A stretch of 64,000 bases of DNA from Coriobacteriia bacterium (GCA_007121015.1 SKMN01000004.1:16507-80506); one strand, 5' to 3'; positions 1 to 11,374 are shown, numbered from the stretch's first letter. Notes: generated by a model not told the origin, from the sequence alone. Translations and numbers: made by a program.

Positions 1-282
1 GAGCGCCGAGCCGAGCTTGCGTGCGAGTTCGTAGTAGCGGTGCCCCTCTGCGAAGCGAGCCGAGCCGAACACGGTGACGGTCGGCTCCTCGATCGAGAGG
101 AACTCGAAGCCGCGCAGGAACTCGAGGAAGTAGCGCACGGCACTCTCGACGTTGTCGGAGTGCCGGCGCTTCCCACCGAGAAACTCGGCTTCGGTACCCT
201 TGACCTGTTCGAGCAGTGAGGGCTTCTCGAGTCCGCTACTCAGGTGGAGGTCCGGCTTGTGGGTCTCATCGGGTCGGCTCAC
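1..282 (-). CDS. LOG/TIGR00730 family Rossmann-fold protein (3' end runs off the window)
   Basis: Manual translation gives ...EFLRGFEFLSIEEPTVTVFGSARFAEGHRYYELARKLG; GTG start at 282 with GAGGAG RBS. Confidence 0.85.
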   Translation of the reverse strand, partial: MSRPDETHKPDLHLSSGLEKPSLLEQVKGTEAEFLGGKRRHSDNVESAVRYFLEFLRGFEFLSIEEPTVTVFGSARFAEGHRYYELARKLGSAL

Positions 283-296
283 TCGCGCTCCTCGTC

Positions 297-578
297 TCAG
301 TCATCGCCTCTGAAGCGCTCCTTGATCGCTTCCCAGGCACCTTCTGCCGACGCGCTGAGGCGATCGATCTCCGCGTCAAGATCCGAACTCTCATCTTTCA
401 TGGCGCTACGGAGTTGCTGGATCTTCTCACGCAGGTCGTCCCCGGCCCGGTCGAGCTCCGAGCGTACGTCTGCCGACGCCCCGCGAGCCTTCGCCTCGAT
501 CTGCTCCAGACGCGCGCGCCATTCGTCGAGCTTCGCATCGGCTTTCACCTTCTGTGCCTCACGCTGCGTGTCGCTCAT
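297..578 (-). CDS. small coiled-coil hypothetical protein (stress-protein-like)
   Basis: MSDTQREAQKVKADAKLDEWRARLEQIEAKA...GAWEAIK; GGAGG RBS upstream. Confidence 0.7.
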   Translation of the reverse strand: MSDTQREAQKVKADAKLDEWRARLEQIEAKARGASADVRSELDRAGDDLREKIQQLRSAMKDESSDLDAEIDRLSASAEGAWEAIKERFRGDD

Positions 579-699
579 CGCAATGCCACCCTCCTCTTTT
601 CCGGTAGCGAAAGGGCCGGTGGTCGCCGGCCTGTCAGGTATGTTCCCCGCGACGGGTCTTCGGCTAACACGTCCGCAGACGCGGCTCGCCGCGCTTCGC

Positions 700-727
700 G
701 GTTTACACTGTCGCGGTAAGCGGGTAC
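700..727 (+). promoter_or_regulatory. putative SigB/SigF-type promoter
   Basis: GGTTT-N17-GGGTAC upstream of the ORF at 756. Confidence 0.45.
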
Positions 728-755
728 AGGAGATTGTCGGATTAGGGAGGATGCG

Positions 756-1067
756 ATGAGCGAGCATGACGACAAACAGGACCAGCAGCAGGAACAGCCT
801 CGTGAGGTGCACCGCACCACGGTTGTAGACCGCGGGAACGGTGGCAACCCCTTCGCGTGGGTGGTCATCGTGATCATCATCGCGGTCGTCGTGTTCGGGG
901 CATGGTGGCTTTTCATGAGCGGCGAGGCCGAGCCGGAGGCTCCCGAGACGGGCGCTCCGATAGACCTTGAGATCACCGTGCCCGGCGAGGAGGACGACCT
1001 CGACGTCGACACGGAGGACGAGGCCGATGACGACGCCGGAGCCGAAGAGGACGTGCAGAGCGAGTGA
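756..1067 (+). CDS. small single-TM membrane protein with acidic tail
   Basis: GGGAGG RBS; hydrophobic WVVIVIIIAVVVFGAWWLF segment; D/E-rich C-terminus. Confidence 0.75.
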   Translation: MSEHDDKQDQQQEQPREVHRTTVVDRGNGGNPFAWVVIVIIIAVVVFGAWWLFMSGEAEPEAPETGAPIDLEITVPGEEDDLDVDTEDEADDDAGAEEDVQSE

Positions 1068-1088
1068 CGCGGTCCTGACCGATCGGAC

Positions 1089-1670
1089 CTAATCGTGCTG
1101 TTCCGCGAGGTCGAGGATCCGGCACGCCGCCTCGAGACAGGTGACGTGGTAGAACGCCTCTTCGAGCGTGACGCCGCGGCCGAAGACCCCGTGCGTGCGC
1201 AGCACCGCGATCGGATGCTTGTCGAGCGCGCCCGCGAGCAGTTCGGCGGCCTCCGGCGAGCCGATCGTCTCGGCCGCGCTCACCACGGGCACCGCGTCGC
1301 CAAGCACGTACTGCGCCTCGGAGTCGACCGGCGCGATGACCGCCTCGCGCAGAGAGCGCGCGATCGCGTGTACGGGGTGCGCGTGCACGATGGCGCGCGC
1401 GTCGGTCGCCTCGTAGATCGCCCGGTGCACGACGAGCTCGCGCGAACATTCCGAGTCCCGCTCGCACGCCGCGACCTCGGTCCACACGATGTCTTCCTCA
1501 CGGAGCCTGCCGAGCATCGAGCCGCGGCGCGTGATGATGATCCTGTCTCCGTGACGTTCGGACAGGTTGCCTCCATGACTCGATATCGCCCCGGTCAAGA
1601 AGAGGTCCCTGCCGATGGCGGCGAAGCGCTCGCGCACCTCGCGCCCGATGACCGGGTCCAATCGCTCCAC
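1089..1670 (-). CDS. class II aldolase/adducin family protein
   Basis: GGNLS, SRELVVHRAIY, VHAHP and HGVF motifs; GTG start with RBS. Confidence 0.9.
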   Translation of the reverse strand: MERLDPVIGREVRERFAAIGRDLFLTGAISSHGGNLSERHGDRIIITRRGSMLGRLREEDIVWTEVAACERDSECSRELVVHRAIYEATDARAIVHAHPVHAIARSLREAVIAPVDSEAQYVLGDAVPVVSAAETIGSPEAAELLAGALDKHPIAVLRTHGVFGRGVTLEEAFYHVTCLEAACRILDLAEQHD

Positions 1671-1708
1671 ATGCCCTCCTCGGCCGATACTCGACGTGCC
1701 GTGTCTCG

Positions 1709-2947
1709 TTAACACTCCGGGTCCTCGTGCGACGTCTGCTGGTACTCGAGCGCGCGGGCAAGCCGGTAGAAATCGCTGCCGCGCTCGATCATCCGCACGC
1801 GCGTCTTCAGGGTGTCGGGATCGATGAGGTCCGCGAACGGCACGTACGTGAGCTCGAGCTGCTTCTCCACGCTCACCATGTGCCCGGTGAGCCCCTCTTC
1901 CACGAGCGCGCGGTACGCGCCGAACCCAAGCTGCGTTCCGAGGAGCACGTCGAACGCGCTCGGCTCTGAGCAGCGCGTCTCGTACCCGATCTGCTTGTGG
2001 CGGACCTTGATCGAGTCGCCGGTCCGCTCCTCGTACGCCTCCTCGATGTCTCCTGCAAGCAACCGTCCTACCTGCGCCGCGCCGAGCGTGATGTTGCCGT
2101 GCTCGTCGACGCTCTGAGGCCGCTGGTCGTCGGGCAGGCGGTCCGCGAGACCCTCGGCGACGCAGATGATCCCGTACTCGCGGCCGTCCTTCTTGCGCGC
2201 GATCATCAGGTCGGCCATCTGGCCGGCCACGGTGCGCGCATCGAACTCCCCATCGAAGTCCTCGACGGAGAGCATCTTGGTCGCCTCGCCCGCGATGCCC
2301 GATGCGTACGTGAGCCACCCGGCCTTGCGGCCCATCAGTTCGAGCACGTACCAGACCTTGGTGGAACGGGCGTCTGCCCCGAGATTGCGGATCTCGCTCG
2401 CCGCGAAGTGGGCAGCCGAGTAGAAACCGAACGTCCAGTCGATGCCGAAGTAGTCGTTGTCGATCGTCTTGGGCAGATGCACGATACACACCTTGCGAAG
2501 CTCCGGTATGCGCTCCTGCATCACGCGCAGGTAGTTCGCGGTCTTCAGCGTGTCGTCACCGCCGATCGACACGAGCGCATCGATGTCGTAAGAGTCGAGC
2601 GCGTCGAAGACCCTGCGCAGGGCGGCGTTCTTGACCGGGTCAGCGAGGTCGTCGTGCGTGGCGATACGCTTGCCGGGGTTGGCCCGCGACGTCCTGAGCA
2701 CGATGTCCTTGCGGTTACGTATCTGCGAGACGTCATCGCGCCTGAGGCACAGGTAGTGCTTGCCCTCGACGAGCGGACTGTCCGCCGAGAACGCCTCGAG
2801 GTTCTCGTAGCCGTCGAGGAACCCCACGACCGCGATGCCGTGGTTGAGGAAGTTCAATGCAGCAGCCGAGATTACCGCGTTGGCCGCGGGAGCGGGTCCG
2901 CCGGAGAAGAGCAGACCTACCCGCTTGATATCATGTGCGGTGCTCAC
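1709..2947 (-). CDS. pfp: 6-phosphofructokinase, probably PPi-dependent
   Basis: SGGPAP, GGDDT, PKTIDND, MGR and GYETR motifs; GGDD plus PKTIDND is the PPi-type signature. Confidence 0.9.
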   Translation of the reverse strand: MSTAHDIKRVGLLFSGGPAPAANAVISAAALNFLNHGIAVVGFLDGYENLEAFSADSPLVEGKHYLCLRRDDVSQIRNRKDIVLRTSRANPGKRIATHDDLADPVKNAALRRVFDALDSYDIDALVSIGGDDTLKTANYLRVMQERIPELRKVCIVHLPKTIDNDYFGIDWTFGFYSAAHFAASEIRNLGADARSTKVWYVLELMGRKAGWLTYASGIAGEATKMLSVEDFDGEFDARTVAGQMADLMIARKKDGREYGIICVAEGLADRLPDDQRPQSVDEHGNITLGAAQVGRLLAGDIEEAYEERTGDSIKVRHKQIGYETRCSEPSAFDVLLGTQLGFGAYRALVEEGLTGHMVSVEKQLELTYVPFADLIDPDTLKTRVRMIERGSDFYRLARALEYQQTSHEDPEC

Positions 2948-3006
2948 AGAGCACACCTCCATCGCGAGTGGTCGGACGTCGGGCGAAGTACGTGTCGCGT
3001 AGGTAC

Positions 3007-3975
3007 TTACCCGACGTCGCCCGCGATGACTCCGATACGCCGCAGCCGCTCGTAGCGCCGCTCGGCGATGGCGGCCGGCTCTGCGGCCGCAAGTGCGCCG
3101 AGTGCGCCGAGCACGCGCTCGCGCACCGCCGACATCACCGCACCCGGATCTCGGTGCGCGCCCCCGAGCGGCTCGGGGACCACCTCGTCGACGATACCGA
3201 GCTCCACCAGGTCCTCGGCGGTCAGCGCGAGACAGCCGGCCATCTCGGCGGCCTTACCCGCGTCCTTGTGCAGGATCGAGGCACACGCCTCGGGGCTGAT
3301 GACCGAGTAGTAGGAGTTCTCGAGCATGATGAGCCGGTCGCCGAACCCGATGGCGAGCGCCCCGCCCGAACCGCCCTCCCCGATACCTACGCACACGACC
3401 GGCACCTGTACCCCGGAGAGCACCGAGAGCGCCTCGGCGATCGCCCACGCCTGACCGCGCTCCTCGGCCTCGATGCCCGGGTAGGCGCCCGGGGTGTCGA
3501 TGAAGGTGACGATGGGCAGCCCGAAGCGCTCCGCGAGGTGCATGGCGCGGATCGCCTTGCGGAAGCCCTCCGGGTGGACCATACCGAAGTTCCGCTTGAT
3601 GTTCTCGCGCGTGTCCTTGCCCTTGCGGTGGCCGAGGACGACCGTCCGCACGCCGCCGATCGTAGCGAGTGCGGCCACTATAGCCTCGTCGTCACCGAAG
3701 GCGCGGTCGCCGTGCAACTCGATGACGTCAGTACAGAGCGTCTCGATATAGTCTTGCGTTTTAGGACGGTCGGGGTGGCGGCTGACCTGGACCTTCTCCC
3801 ACGCAGAGAGCGTGCCGTACGTGCTCTCGCGCAACCGCTCGATCTCGGCGGTGAGCTCGTCGACCTCGTGGACGAGCTCGGGATTCTGGGCGAGGTCGAG
3901 CCTGCGCAACTCCTCGAGCTTGGTCTCCAACTCGGCGAGCGGGCGCTCGAACTCCATGACGTAGCGGCGGGTCAC
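3007..3975 (-). CDS. accA: acetyl-CoA carboxylase carboxyltransferase alpha subunit
   Basis: RHPDRP, FIDTPGAYPG, GEGGSGGALA and SVISPE motifs. Confidence 0.97.
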   Translation of the reverse strand: MTRRYVMEFERPLAELETKLEELRRLDLAQNPELVHEVDELTAEIERLRESTYGTLSAWEKVQVSRHPDRPKTQDYIETLCTDVIELHGDRAFGDDEAIVAALATIGGVRTVVLGHRKGKDTRENIKRNFGMVHPEGFRKAIRAMHLAERFGLPIVTFIDTPGAYPGIEAEERGQAWAIAEALSVLSGVQVPVVCVGIGEGGSGGALAIGFGDRLIMLENSYYSVISPEACASILHKDAGKAAEMAGCLALTAEDLVELGIVDEVVPEPLGGAHRDPGAVMSAVRERVLGALGALAAAEPAAIAERRYERLRRIGVIAGDVG

Positions 3976-4850
3976 CGGCGCTCACCCCCCGCGAGGTAGT
4001 CGAGCACGAGACCTACGCGCGCCGTGAGCTGGCCGCGCGGCACCACGTCGTCGACCATGCCGTGGTCGAGCAGGTACTCGGCGGATTGGAACCCCTTGGG
4101 AAGGTGCTGCTTGATGGTCTGCTCGATGACGCGCGGACCCGCGAAACCCACGAGGGCGCCCGGCTCGGCGAAGATGACGTCGGCGAGCACCGCGAAGCTC
4201 GCCGTGACCCCACCCATCGTAGGGTTTGCGAGCACCGATACGTACGGTAGGCGCTCCTCGGCCAGACGGCGCGCAGCCGCGGCGGTCTTGGCCATCTGCA
4301 TGAGCGAGAGCATGCCCTCCTGCATGCGGGCGCCGCCCGAGGAGGTCACGAGCACCACCGCACGGCGCTCGGCGATCGCCGTCTCGAACGCGCGGGTGAT
4401 CTTCTCGCCCACCGCCGAGCCCATCGACGCGCCGATGAAGCGGAAGTCCATCACGCCGAGGACCACGGGGTGCGACGCTATCTCCGCCCGGCCGCACACG
4501 ACCGCCTCGGGCATCGCGCACTGCTCCCGAGCCGCATCGAGGCTCTCGACGTAGGGCTTGGCGCCCGTGAATCCGAGGGGGTCGGCCGAGGAGACCCGGG
4601 AGTCGAACTCGGCGAACGTGCCGGGGTCGGCGAGCAGGTCGACACGCTCGGCCGCGCACATCGCGAAGTGGTGGCCGCAGTGGGGACACACGCGGACGTT
4701 CTCAACGAGCTGGCCGTCGTAGACGATCTTCTTGCACGCCGAGCACTTGGTCCACACGCCATCGGGCACCTCGGCACGCGCGAGCGCGTCACCGTCCAGC
4801 GCGGTGTACCGTCTCGATTCGCGGGCTTTGAACCAGTCTGAGATCGACAT
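3972..4850 (-). CDS. accD: acetyl-CoA carboxylase carboxyltransferase beta subunit
   Basis: Zn ribbon CSAC/CPHC; SGGARMQEG, GGVTASF and GFAGPRVIEQT motifs. Confidence 0.97.
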   Translation of the reverse strand: MSISDWFKARESRRYTALDGDALARAEVPDGVWTKCSACKKIVYDGQLVENVRVCPHCGHHFAMCAAERVDLLADPGTFAEFDSRVSSADPLGFTGAKPYVESLDAAREQCAMPEAVVCGRAEIASHPVVLGVMDFRFIGASMGSAVGEKITRAFETAIAERRAVVLVTSSGGARMQEGMLSLMQMAKTAAAARRLAEERLPYVSVLANPTMGGVTASFAVLADVIFAEPGALVGFAGPRVIEQTIKQHLPKGFQSAEYLLDHGMVDDVVPRGQLTARVGLVLDYLAGGERR

Positions 4851-4933
4851 CGGGTCCCTGCGTCAGTGGTCGGGCTGTAGCGTCACCTGTCCGCCGAAAC
4901 GTCGGTTCCGGTGTCCGCCTTGTATAGCATACT

Positions 4934-4969
4934 GCGGCGCCACCCTGAAACCTTCCGGGATGGCGCCGC
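4934..4969. terminator. hairpin downstream of the aldolase gene
   Basis: GCGGCGCCA...TGGCGCCGC inverted repeat. Confidence 0.5.
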
Positions 4970-5007
4970 TTGTATCTCGTCTCGTCGAGCGGACGCGCAC
5001 GCGTACG

Positions 5008-5949
5008 CTACGCTACGGTGAAGTCCGCACGCCCCTCGAAGACCTCGAGCGCCTCGTCTGCGCTCGCGTCGCCGAGCGTGATGGCGCTGATCGCCTTGGT
5101 GAGGCGCACCGCCTCGTCGAGCGGACGCTGGTGGAGGTTGCGGCCGGTCGCGTTACCGGTGGCCCCGCCCACGTGGATCTGCTCCCAGAGCTGCGTGAGG
5201 AACGTCTTCGCATCGACCGTCGAGCCGCCCGCGCACACGAGGCCCGTGCGCCCGGAGGCGAGGGCCGCCTCTTTCAGGAGTTCGGCCGAGGACGCCGCAT
5301 CCGTGCCCTTGGGCGGATTGACCTTGACGAAGTCCGCGCCGAGGCTCACGCCCACACCGGCCGCGCCCGCGATGAGGTGTGCGTCCTTCTCGTTGGCCAC
5401 GGCCTTGCCGCGCGGATACATCCACAACACCACGAGCAGGCCCACGCTGTGCGCATCGGCGATGAGCTGGCCGGCCTCCGTCATCATCTGAGACTCGTAC
5501 TCCGAGCCGATGTAGATCGTGTAGCCGACACCGACGACGTTGACGCCGTTGTCGCGCAGGTCGATGGCGGTCTGGATGTCGTAGAGCTGCGGCGAGTACG
5601 GATCGTCCTGGCTCGTCTTCACGAGGTGGGTCTTGGAGTTCATCTTCACGAGGTAGTTGATATCCGGGTAGTCGCCGGCGTACCGGGCCAGGAGCCCGCG
5701 CTGTCCGGCGAGGATACCGACGGTGCCCTGCGAACCGATGCGGAACAGGTGCTCGGGGTCGGCGTCTTCTGGAGCGATGCCCTCGCCGTAGAAGTCGTCG
5801 TTGAGGTGCTCGATCTTCTGGTCGCACGCGAAGAGCATGAGGCGGCCGGTGTTCCTCGTGGCAGCAAGGTAGTTCTCGATGTAGACGTCGCGCGCATCGG
5901 CGGGCACGTCCGCAGGCACACGAACCTGGTCACGGGTGATGCTCGGCAT
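5008..5949 (-). CDS. class I (DeoC/FbaB-type) fructose-bisphosphate aldolase family
   Basis: DQKIEH, YPRG, LGADFVKV (Schiff-base Lys), AGG and GRN motifs. Confidence 0.85.
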   Translation of the reverse strand: MPSITRDQVRVPADVPADARDVYIENYLAATRNTGRLMLFACDQKIEHLNDDFYGEGIAPEDADPEHLFRIGSQGTVGILAGQRGLLARYAGDYPDINYLVKMNSKTHLVKTSQDDPYSPQLYDIQTAIDLRDNGVNVVGVGYTIYIGSEYESQMMTEAGQLIADAHSVGLLVVLWMYPRGKAVANEKDAHLIAGAAGVGVSLGADFVKVNPPKGTDAASSAELLKEAALASGRTGLVCAGGSTVDAKTFLTQLWEQIHVGGATGNATGRNLHQRPLDEAVRLTKAISAITLGDASADEALEVFEGRADFTVA

Positions 5950-6078
5950 GAAGACCCCTCCTGTTTAGAACGGACTCCTCGGAAATGGTGCGCCCCGGAT
6001 TCCCCGGACACGCTTTCTCAGAGTATTCCAACCCGCCGCCGTTTTCTAGCGCCGCGCGCGTCACTCGGATATCGATCG

Positions 6079-6543
6079 TCATCCGCGGTCGAGCCGCCGG
6101 CACATCGGCACGTGCGGCGTGCCAGTCCTCCGCGAGCGGAACTCGCCACCGCACGTTTCGAAACCGAGGTACTCGTAGAAGGAGGCGACGTGGCTCCGCG
6201 CGTCGAGATAGACCTCGTCACGGCCGGCCTCGCGGGCCCACTCGATGAGCGCGTTGACGATCAGCTTGCCGATGCTCTCTCCCCGCCGGTCGCGCGCCAC
6301 CGCTACCTGGTAGATCTGGCACACCCCGTCCTCGAGGTGGAGCCGGCCGTAGCCCACGAGCCGCCCGCGGTCGAACGCCGCCACGTGCCGGTAGGTGCGG
6401 CCGTCCGCATCCTCGACGAGCGTGCGCGGCAGACCCCACTCGCGGTAGAGGGCGTCATAACGCACGCGCCTGGCCTCGGTGTACTCGGCCGAACCCGGCT
6501 CGATCTCCCTCAGCGTGAATCGCTCTGCCGCTCCGGGGCCCAC
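6079..6543 (-). CDS. GNAT N-acetyltransferase (ElaA/YjcF-like)
   Basis: VAVARDRRGESIG, FYEYLGF and HVPM motifs. Confidence 0.85.
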   Translation of the reverse strand: MGPGAAERFTLREIEPGSAEYTEARRVRYDALYREWGLPRTLVEDADGRTYRHVAAFDRGRLVGYGRLHLEDGVCQIYQVAVARDRRGESIGKLIVNALIEWAREAGRDEVYLDARSHVASFYEYLGFETCGGEFRSRRTGTPHVPMCRRLDRG

Positions 6544-6549
6544 GTGCCA

Positions 6550-8133
6550 CTACTCCTCGTAGCGGTTCGTCACAGGCATGCGCCGGTCCTTGCCGAACGC
6601 CTTGGGTGTGACACGGATGCCGAGCGGGCCCTGCCGACGCTTGTACTCCGCAGCATCGACCATGCGGCACACGCGCTCCACGACCGCCCGGTCGTGGCTG
6701 GCGACGATGCGCTCGCGAGAGAAGTCACGCTCGACGTAGTCGCCGAGGATCGCGTCGAGGACATCGTAGGGCGGAAGCGTGTCGTAGTCGGTCTGGCCGG
6801 CCGAGAGCTCTGCGCTCGGCACCTTCTCGATACTGGCGACCGGGATCACCACGCCGTTGCGGTTGCGCCACCGGGCGAGTTCCCACACACGCGTCTTGAA
6901 CACGTCCTTGATCGGCGCGAACCCGCCCACCATATCGCCGTAGAGCGTCGAATAGCCCACCGACAGCTCGCTCTTGTTGCCCGGAGCGAGCACGAGCCAT
7001 CCGAACTTGTTGGAGAGCGCCATGAGCAGCGTACCGCGCACTCTTGCCTGCAGGTTCTCCTCGGTCACGTCGGGTGCGCGCCCCTCGAAGTGTGGCGCGA
7101 GCGCCTCGAGCATCGCCGAGAACGGGCCCTCGATCGGCAGCTCGATGAAGTCCGCGAGCCCGAGGTTCCCCGCGAGTTCACGGGAGTCGTCGATGCTTCC
7201 TGTCGAGGAGTAGCGCGACGGCATCGTCACGCCGTGGACACGGCCGGCCCCGATCGCGTCGGCGGCGATGGTGGCGGTCAGGGCGGAGTCGATGCCGCCC
7301 GAGAGCCCGATGACGACGTCGGAGAACCCGTTCTTCTCCACGTAGTCGCGCAGGCCAAGGGTGAGCGCGGTATACGTCTCCTCCTCGGGACCGGGAACCT
7401 CGGCGAGCGTACCGCCTGCGGGGATGTCGGCGATCAGCAGGTCCTCGGCGAACGCGACCGCACGTGCCACGACCTCGCCTTCGGGCGAGATAAGGGCCGA
7501 GCGGCCGTCGAAAACGAGTTCGTCCTGTCCGCCGACGAGATTGCAGAACGCGAGCCACACGCCGCTCTCCGCCGCCCGTGCGCAAAGCATCGCCTCGCGG
7601 TCCCCTCCCTTACCGGCGTGGTACGGGGAGGCGGAAAGATTGCACACGACCCGCGCGCCACGCGCCGCCTCCGCAGCGGCGGCGGCGACCCACACGTCCT
7701 CGCAGACGGTCACCGAGACCGGATCGCCCGAGACGGTGACATGGACCGGAGCGACGCCGGGCTCGAAGTACCGTTGCTCGTCGAAGACGCCGTAGTTGGG
7801 CAGACGCCGCTTGCGATAGACGCGCTCGACGACGCGGTCCCGCACGAGCGCCGCCGCGTTGTAGAGCATGCCCCCGTCGGCGTCGACGAACCCGACGAGC
7901 GCGGCACCCGAGGTGCACTGCTCGGCGATGCCCTTGAGCGCATCGAGGTTCGTCTGGACGAAGTGTCCCTTGGCGAGCAGGTCTTCCGGGGGATACCCGG
8001 TGACTGCGAGCTCGGGAAAGACCGTAAGGGCCGCCCCCTCGCCAGCGGCACGGTGCATCGCCCTGGTTATGCGGACCGCATTGCCGGAGATATCTCCCAC
8101 GACCGAGTTCACCTGCGCGAGCGCGATACGCAC
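6550..8133 (-). CDS. nadE: glutamine-dependent NAD+ synthetase
   Basis: Nitrilase triad FPEL/K..LPNY/CED, plus SGGIDS, ENLQAR and GNKSE. Confidence 0.96.
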   Translation of the reverse strand: MRIALAQVNSVVGDISGNAVRITRAMHRAAGEGAALTVFPELAVTGYPPEDLLAKGHFVQTNLDALKGIAEQCTSGAALVGFVDADGGMLYNAAALVRDRVVERVYRKRRLPNYGVFDEQRYFEPGVAPVHVTVSGDPVSVTVCEDVWVAAAAAEAARGARVVCNLSASPYHAGKGGDREAMLCARAAESGVWLAFCNLVGGQDELVFDGRSALISPEGEVVARAVAFAEDLLIADIPAGGTLAEVPGPEEETYTALTLGLRDYVEKNGFSDVVIGLSGGIDSALTATIAADAIGAGRVHGVTMPSRYSSTGSIDDSRELAGNLGLADFIELPIEGPFSAMLEALAPHFEGRAPDVTEENLQARVRGTLLMALSNKFGWLVLAPGNKSELSVGYSTLYGDMVGGFAPIKDVFKTRVWELARWRNRNGVVIPVASIEKVPSAELSAGQTDYDTLPPYDVLDAILGDYVERDFSRERIVASHDRAVVERVCRMVDAAEYKRRQGPLGIRVTPKAFGKDRRMPVTNRYEE

Positions 8134-8419
8134 TGCTGCCCCTTTCCGTCAGGTCGCACACGCTGCCAGGATAGCACCTCAGAGCGACCTCTCCTGTAGC
8201 GACGATACCCACTAGCGGCCCTCGCGGCCGTCCCGGTACGAGACTCGGCCACCACCTGCACGAGCGCGTCCCGGCACGGAATATGCTTACTCGTTCGATG
8301 TTTCACATGATGGCAACAGTTCCGCTAGTTCACCTCTGCACAAGCTTCAACAGGGGTACGATAGTGCCGATAGTAGAGATAGGAACGATCATCGACCTAT
8401 CTCGATGGAAGAGGCGACG

Positions 8420-8566
8420 ATGGTCCGAAAAGAGACCTGCCCGCGCTGCCGTGGCGATAGATACATCGCCGTGCAGACGGACACCGGCCGCTCGAAGCAC
8501 CTCAAGTGCCCTGAGTGCAACGGTGCCGGCTACAAGATCCAGGTGGTGCACCACTTCGCGCGGTAG
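8420..8566 (+). CDS. 48-aa DnaJ-type zinc-finger microprotein (absent from the ORF track)
   Basis: MVRKETCPRCRGDRYIAVQTDTGRSKHLKCPECNGAGYKIQVVHHFAR; GAAGAGG RBS; terminator follows. Confidence 0.75.
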   Translation: MVRKETCPRCRGDRYIAVQTDTGRSKHLKCPECNGAGYKIQVVHHFAR

Positions 8567-8590
8567 ACCACCTCACAGAGAACGCTTTCA

Positions 8591-8626
8591 GGCACCGGCC
8601 GGCACCAGCGCCCCGGTGCTTTTGTT
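8591..8626 (+). terminator. intrinsic terminator
   Basis: GCACCGG...CCGGTGC stem followed by TTTTGTT. Confidence 0.65.
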
Positions 8627-8638
8627 ATCCCTCACTGC

Positions 8639-9491
8639 TCACGTCTCGTTCGCGACCGCACGATCGAGCGCCTTGCGCAGCAGTGTCACGAACTCCCCCA
8701 CCGAGGCCGGGTCGTGCTGGCGGCGCACCACCGCCGAGCCGACCACCACGCCGTCGGCGATACGGGCCACCTCGGCCGCCTGCTCAGGTGTCGAGACACC
8801 GAAGCCCACGGCCACCGGCAACGTCGCCGCGGCCCGGATCTGCTCGACGAGTCCCGCGAGGCCCTCGCGCAGGGTCGCGCGCTCTCCCGTGACCCCCGTC
8901 GACGACACACAGTAGACGAACCCCGACGATGCCGAGGCGATCGCCGCGAACCGCGACGGTGTCGAGGTAGGTGCGGCGAGGAACACGGTGTCGAGCCCCT
9001 CGGCCACGACGAGCCACGGTCGGGCCGCCTCCGGCGGCATGTCAGGCACGATGACGCCGGAGACGCCTGCGGTGCGCATCGCGTCGGCCGCCCTCGGCAG
9101 CCCGAAGCGCATGAGCGGGTTGAGGTACGTCATGAGCGCGACCGGCGGGGTCTCCGTGTGCCCGGTCCCTGTGTCCCCATGGACCGGAGGCGCCCCCTCT
9201 GCCGGCTCGCCGAGGAACTCCCGCGCAAGCTCGATCGTCTCGGCGAGTCCGAAGCCACCCTCTCGTGCGACACCGGCCGCCTCGGCGATGACGGGGCCGT
9301 CGGCGACCGGGTCGCCGTAGGGTACGCCGAGCTCGATGACATCGGCACCCGCCGCGGCCGCGGCGTGGAGCGCGGCGAGCGAGGTCGCGCGATCCGGGTA
9401 GCCGGCCATCAGGTAGACGACGAGCGCCGCTCGGCCAGGGCGGAATCCCCGTCCGAGGCCGGTCGCGGCACCACTCGTCCCCGTGTCGTCG

Positions 9492-9502
<11 letters not shown>
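8639..9502 (-). CDS. trpA: tryptophan synthase alpha chain
   Basis: [31 protein letters not shown] and ADGVVVGSA motifs. Confidence 0.96.
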
Positions 9503-10726
<1,224 letters not shown>

Positions 10727-10730
<4 letters not shown>

Positions 10731-11374
10731 GCGGTCACTACCTCCTCATCGGCCGCCCGGACGGCGGCCACGAACGCGTACAGGCTGATCTTGTCCTTGT
10801 GTCGCGGGCGCTCCTCGACACCCGAGGAAACATCGACGGCGAACGGCGAGAGCGCCGCTATCGCGCCGCTGACGTTGCTCGGTCGCAGGCCTCCCGCGAC
10901 GATGACCGGCGCCCACTCAGGCAGCGGCAGCGCGGCCTCCCACGGGAAGGTGCGGCCGGTGCCACCGTCCATGCCTTCGACGTACGTGTCGTAGAGCAAC
11001 GCCGAGACCGATCCGCGGTACGGTTCTGCCCCGGCAGGGTCGAACTCGACGCCCACACGAACGGCCTTGATGACGGGAGCGGGGGTGGCGGCGCAACGTT
11101 CCGGCGACTCGGTGCCGTGAAACTGGACCGCAGTCAGATTGAGTCTGCCGATCGCCTCGGCCACGAAGTGCTCGGGCGCGTCGACGAACACGCCGACCCG
11201 TGCCACGAACGGCGGCACGGCGGCGCAGATCGCCTCGGCTTCCTCGAGCGTCACCTGCCGCACCGAGTCGCTCAAGATCACACCGAGCGCATCGGCGCCG
11301 GCACGCACGGCCGCAGCGGCGTCGACCGGCGTGGTGATGCCGCACACTTTGACCCGCGTCCTCACGCTGCGCAT
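10727..11374 (-). CDS. trpF: phosphoribosylanthranilate isomerase
   Basis: VKVCGIT, VQFHGTE, GGTG, AGGL and VDVSSGVE motifs. Confidence 0.95.

Noticed and set aside
4732-8199. 1155-aa plus-strand ORF, and similar long ORFs at 39479-42256, 47836-50115, 20613-22820 and 59341-61278
   Set aside because: Antisense shadows of well-supported minus-strand genes; high-GC codon bias suppresses stops, and the translations are R/A/G-rich without motifs
8291-8343. Two possible Rex boxes between nadE and the zinc-finger ORF
   Set aside because: Each has only one good half-site (TTCACAT; TGCACAA), too degenerate to call without a position weight matrix
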